A stretch of DNA of 64,000 nt, from NCBI GenBank assembly GCA_964016885.1, contig OZ024746.1, forward strand, positions 74,276,001-74,340,000, in the 5' to 3' direction. This document shows positions 59,513-64,000 of the stretch, piece by piece. Positions within the stretch are counted from its first letter, which is position 1. Every line of letters starts with the position of its first letter. Both the position numbers and the translations under genes were made by a program. This DNA is from Eledone cirrhosa (taxonomy: Eukaryota). The notes below the pieces were generated by a model. That model ran no database searches. It was not told the origin of the DNA and worked only from the letters and a program-made list of their open reading frames with translations.

Positions 59513-59792
59513 CATATATAAATAAATACATATATATATATATGTATATATGTATGTATGTATATATACATATACGTGTGTATACACCTCTCTCTATATA
59601 TAATTAATAGCAACAAAAACTACAATGACAAGAACCTCAAGGAAATAATCTAAAAAACAATCAAAACCACCATCAATAAACACGATTCTAACATATACGC
59701 CATTGTAACCATCGAAATAAAGACATAAATGAACAAAAGTAATATGTTACAACATAAACTTTTTAATAATAGAATGAGAATGTTAAAACATT

Positions 59793-59876
59793 AATTGTTT
59801 CTACTTTTGGCACAAGGCCAGCAATTATAACAGTATATTACTGGTACTTTATTTTATCGACCCCATAAGGATGAAA
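59793..59876 (-). mobile_element. SINE 3' fragment (similar fragments at 6645-6700 and 7758-7820)
   Basis: Reverse complement of the SINE tail. Confidence 0.8.
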
Positions 59877-59899
59877 ATGCTAAAACATTAATGATATTT

Positions 59900-61900
59900 T
59901 GTAGGGCGTGATTTTCACCCACAACGCTGTTCTCATCATTTATTCCACACACATCCTTCCCCTTATTGATAATAATTCCGTCTTAATTCTCATTTAACTC
60001 TTTTTCCTTCTTCCCTCTACATTTTGTTAGCTTTGAATCTTCACATACTATCTCTTCTTGGTTTCCACGTAGTTTAGTCTGTTAGTATGTTAATAAGGTC
60101 TCATATGCTAGCAGGTCGTTCCAAATTATGTGACTTCTACTAACCCAAACGGGCTCCGTAGACACTCAAGTATGAAGTTGAAGTAGAAATTGATTCGGTA
60201 CAATGCGGATAGAAATATATAATGGGGTAAATGATGGCAGTGCTCAACTTTAAAGCTTATGTGTGCGTTTACGTAAACATCAGGATATAGAAGACAGGGC
60301 AAGAGCGACAGTTGGTGAAGTGTGTACATTCCAACTGGTCCATGTATGTGATGGCTAACAGCCTGAAATATCTTTGGAAATGGAACACTCGAACTAGAAA
60401 GTGTTGCACATGCTGACAGAGGGCAACAAACGGATTTCAGCGGCAGTGAAGCCGAAACAATTGAAGTCGGTAGATGCGATAATGTGTTCAGTAATTCAGT
60501 CCCTGGTCGTGGTAGGTTAGAAGGATAAAAAGAAACTATGTTTAAGCTATGAAGGTATTTAGTATGTCTAACTGTTGTGGGGATGAGATCTTTCAGTCTG
60601 TTGATAAATTCGTAGATGTCTATGTGTTCGGAGAAAGTATGAAGATGTTTGAGAAGTCTGGAGAGAATCTAGGAGATTTTTTCTTAGTAAGTAACGTCTA
60701 CACTAGAACAAATAGGTCCAACTTTTAAATTGGGTCCTGTTTTATGCGTTTCAATGAGATGGTAGGTGGGCAGTTTGATCTTTCTCGTGCTAAATATATG
60801 TCTAATTCTATTTGAGTTTTCTAACTACGGATACTAGTCCCAACTAGTGGTTTCACTCTGGATAGGTGTGATGTCATTAACCTTTCTGTATAGCATGGTA
60901 CTGCTGAAGTGTTGAGTGTCACTTGTGTGTAAGTGTTTTAGTCGATGATGCAGGATTCTGTCCCTTTGTCGGATGAATAATGAGTTGGGATCTAGAATGA
61001 TCTGGGGAGGGGTAAGATTGATTCTGTAAAATCTTGGAGATAGAGTGTTAGTTTATCGTTAAACTCATGTTTTCGAGGGTGAGATTGGAGTGGAATATAG
61101 GGTGGAATATAGGGAAAAGGCTAAATTTAGAATTGACAGTGGAACTGGTGGAACCAAAGTAGTAGCGGCAGCAGTGGTGTTGGCAACGGTCGTTGTAGCT
61201 TTGATAGTGATAACAGCGGCTGTGGTACGGACAGAAGTTCGCCCCTGTAACTTGTTTCTATTTCTCAGTGTAGCGTTAACTTACGATGGAGTTTGGTCGA
61301 CGTCTTATTAATTCCAATTCCACATTTGATAGGACTGCCAGATAGATCGGTAACACGTGGTTCGTTTGTAGTTTATTCGGTGATGACTGTAGTTTCAATT
61401 AGCACGTTGGTTAGTTACGTTGTATGCATTGGTGCTGGTGTCACTGTAAACAGCGTGGTGGTAGTACTTATGTTGATTTAATTGGAACTTGCATGTAAGG
61501 CGTCTTTTATTATGAGTAAATTGATTGTTGTAGCATATGTTAATCATGTTCTGTAGTTTGAAATGGTGGGGAAGCTTAGCTTGTCGAGTAGATATAGTTA
61601 CGTTGTGATGGTTGGCTGCTTATTTTAGTTCTGTAAATATATTTTAATTGAGAATGAAATTGCGTGAGGATTTGAAAGTATCTATATCGAAGCATTAGAT
61701 AGGTGTATGTTACGCATAGAGTTAAGAATGATGCTGTGTTTTAGACACAAGTTAAGTAAATTGATCTGGCAACAGAGTTTGGTTTGTTTTTCCGATATTT
61801 TGAACGGTGTCAGGATGTCATTAAATACAGTCTGACTGAGGCGTGAGGGGTATAAGCAGTATAGTTAAACTGAAGTATTGTAAGATATGTAATAAATGTT
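59900..61900 (-). pseudogene. Decayed Penelope-like element ORF
   Basis: N-terminal INLLNLCLKHSII, then SDKG..CIID (~60950-60975) and PTYHLIETHKTGP (~60730-60770), in the order expected for a PLE RT. Confidence 0.6.
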
Positions 61901-62429
61901 AAGGATTCAGAAAGCCGCTACAATGCGTATGGATATACATAAAGTTGGATCCGGGGTAAAGAATGACAAACAAAACAAAATAATGTTTTTCAACACAATA
62001 TATTTCATCATTATATTTCAAGGTAAATACCTACTTTTCAAACGAAAAATAGAACTTTCCTTTGGTGTGTGTGAGGAATACATGCGTGGATCAGTCATCA
62101 AAGAAACTCTGTCCAGTTGTTCATTGGGTGTTTCTTTATGTTTACAATTTTGGCTTCCTTAATTAGTAAATTCCCCACATTTCTCTCAGTCACATTAATG
62201 GTGAACAATTACAACAATATTATATATTAAAAACATATAGATATCTATAATGACATATATTATATACGATGCCTCTTTACAATTTATACAGAAATATATT
62301 TATGTGCATATAGGTGTATATATATATTATGCTAATAGATATTTGTAATGTACATATACAATTTATATATACCTCCACTCCAACACCGCTTCCGACACTC
62401 CTTCCAAAACTTTAAACCCAATATATAAC

Positions 62430-63960
62430 AATGTCAGACTTGAACCCGTCACCACCTCTAGCAGCAATCATCAGGGGCACACCTTACACCTCATCTCCAC
62501 ACCCATTAATCCACTTTAACGCAAATAGTGACATCCTCCTAGTACCTTTTACCCTGGAGATATCCCCATGTACTTCTACTTTTGGTATATTGGCCTTCAA
62601 TTACTTGGACTACATTACACCAATGTAAACTTTAAGCACGGTATTGGTTGTGCTAACATTGTCCTGTGTATGGAGTGCCATCATTGGATAAATGGAAGAA
62701 TAAGTGATTAATTTATTAACATAAAAGAGCTATATAATCTATATGCTGAGTGCAATGAATTAAGTACAGGTGATGTATGAGTTATAAATACATGTATGGC
62801 ATGATGGTCAGATTAGTGTCTTTGTAAGTGAGAATTGATCTCTGGTCTACCCTAGTGATATTTAACTTTGCCATGCAATCAGACATGCAATGACCCAGAG
62901 CTTACCAAGAGTCATATATAGAAGTGATTCTAATAAGACCCTGCCATTTGGAGATCTGACTCTTCATGTGGAATATTCGGTGGGGCACTCTATGATAGAA
63001 GGCAATCATCCTAATATGAACACCTTTAGTACTTCTTGATAGACTACACTGTAATTTATAGATAAGATACTTAAATTTAGAAATTGTTTATAACCTTATA
63101 TGATAGGAACTCATTTGAGACACCATTAATGTACTTTAGGATAATAAATTTAGCTATAGAAATCAGCTAGTTACCTCCCCTTAAGCATTAACTCCCCTTA
63201 ATCACACACACACTTCCGGAATATAATACGATGTCATCTCTCACGACAAAAACAACTTACTCTATAGAATCGAATTAATGAATGACAAGCTGTGATGTTC
63301 TAGCATGGTTCACCAGGAACCCAATGTTGAATCATCGTGGATTGTGAGATGGACATGTAGTCTATAAATTGCGTTTCCTGGATTCTGAGAGTGGTGGTGT
63401 GTACGAGGACAGTGGTGTGTTTTGCTTCTCATTTGTAATATTTTTGATATTTTTTGGTGTTTCTCCACATACGGACTTCTATATCGTACATGTGTGTGTG
63501 AATAATGCTTTACAAGTACAGCCCCCATGATGCTCTTAATTGCCTGCTTTGACTGCTTGTTTTACTTGTAACAATCTGCCGCACTATAAGCTTGTATAAA
63601 TAGGACACGCGTGCATGCCACACGTGTGACTGTTACATACACTGGCTACTCCAAACTTTCCTCTTGCTTTATCTTAGTAGACTGCCAATGTTTTATTTTA
63701 ATTTTAATTTTAATTTTAATTTTAACTTTAATTTTGTCCTTTAATATGATTGTAATCTTTGTATGTAAATTACCATGCTATATTATTATAATGGATGTCA
63801 ACCCACTGTGGGTCAATATATACATATGTTTCTATATGTCTCTTGTGTTGATAAGGAGGTCAAGTATGTTAAAAATCACTGAATAATTGCTCCGAAGACT
63901 CCAAACCTCGGTTTGGAAGAAACAATTGTAAGCAAATAAATGATTTAAACAGAACTTTGT
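62430..63960 (+). mobile_element. Decayed Penelope-like element with a 3' hammerhead-like motif
   Basis: NKTLPFGDL (cf. PLE LPFLD) at ~62932-62958, motif at 63887-63935, then AATAAA. Confidence 0.55.
63887..63935 (+). ncRNA. Type I hammerhead-like motif, core variant CCGAAGA
   Basis: TTGCT-CCGAAGA-cTCCAAAC/GTTTGGAa-GAA-ACAATTGT-A-AGCAA. Confidence 0.7.
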
Positions 63961-64000
63961 TTCATATAATCTCTATATATTCATATATATATATATATAT

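Overview
Eukaryotic, AT-rich, microsatellite-saturated DNA that looks intergenic or intronic. The abundant SINE resembles, from memory, the common octopus SINE, so a cephalopod source is likely but unverified. No host gene is recognisable, and nearly all ORFs in the track are (TA)n/(CA)n/(GA)n artefacts. Real coding content is transposon-derived: one intact RTE LINE (APE-RT-3xC2H2, 15299-18844), a 5'-truncated but open R4/Dong-like RT-RLE LINE in (TAA)n (19365-21749, minus), an internally deleted mariner, several decayed RTE, R4, HERO-like and Penelope-like elements, and about 15 SINE copies. The most notable hidden signal is RNA structure. There are about ten hammerhead-like motifs in small (TA)n-embedded elements. 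Two sequence-unrelated ones (34211-34277, 36041-36111) have the hammerhead strands in a non-circularly-permuted, pseudoknotted order, and one of these has a textbook k-turn. A separate group with an ACAATTGT stem III lacks the conserved U4. All ribozyme calls come from pairing by eye and are untested.
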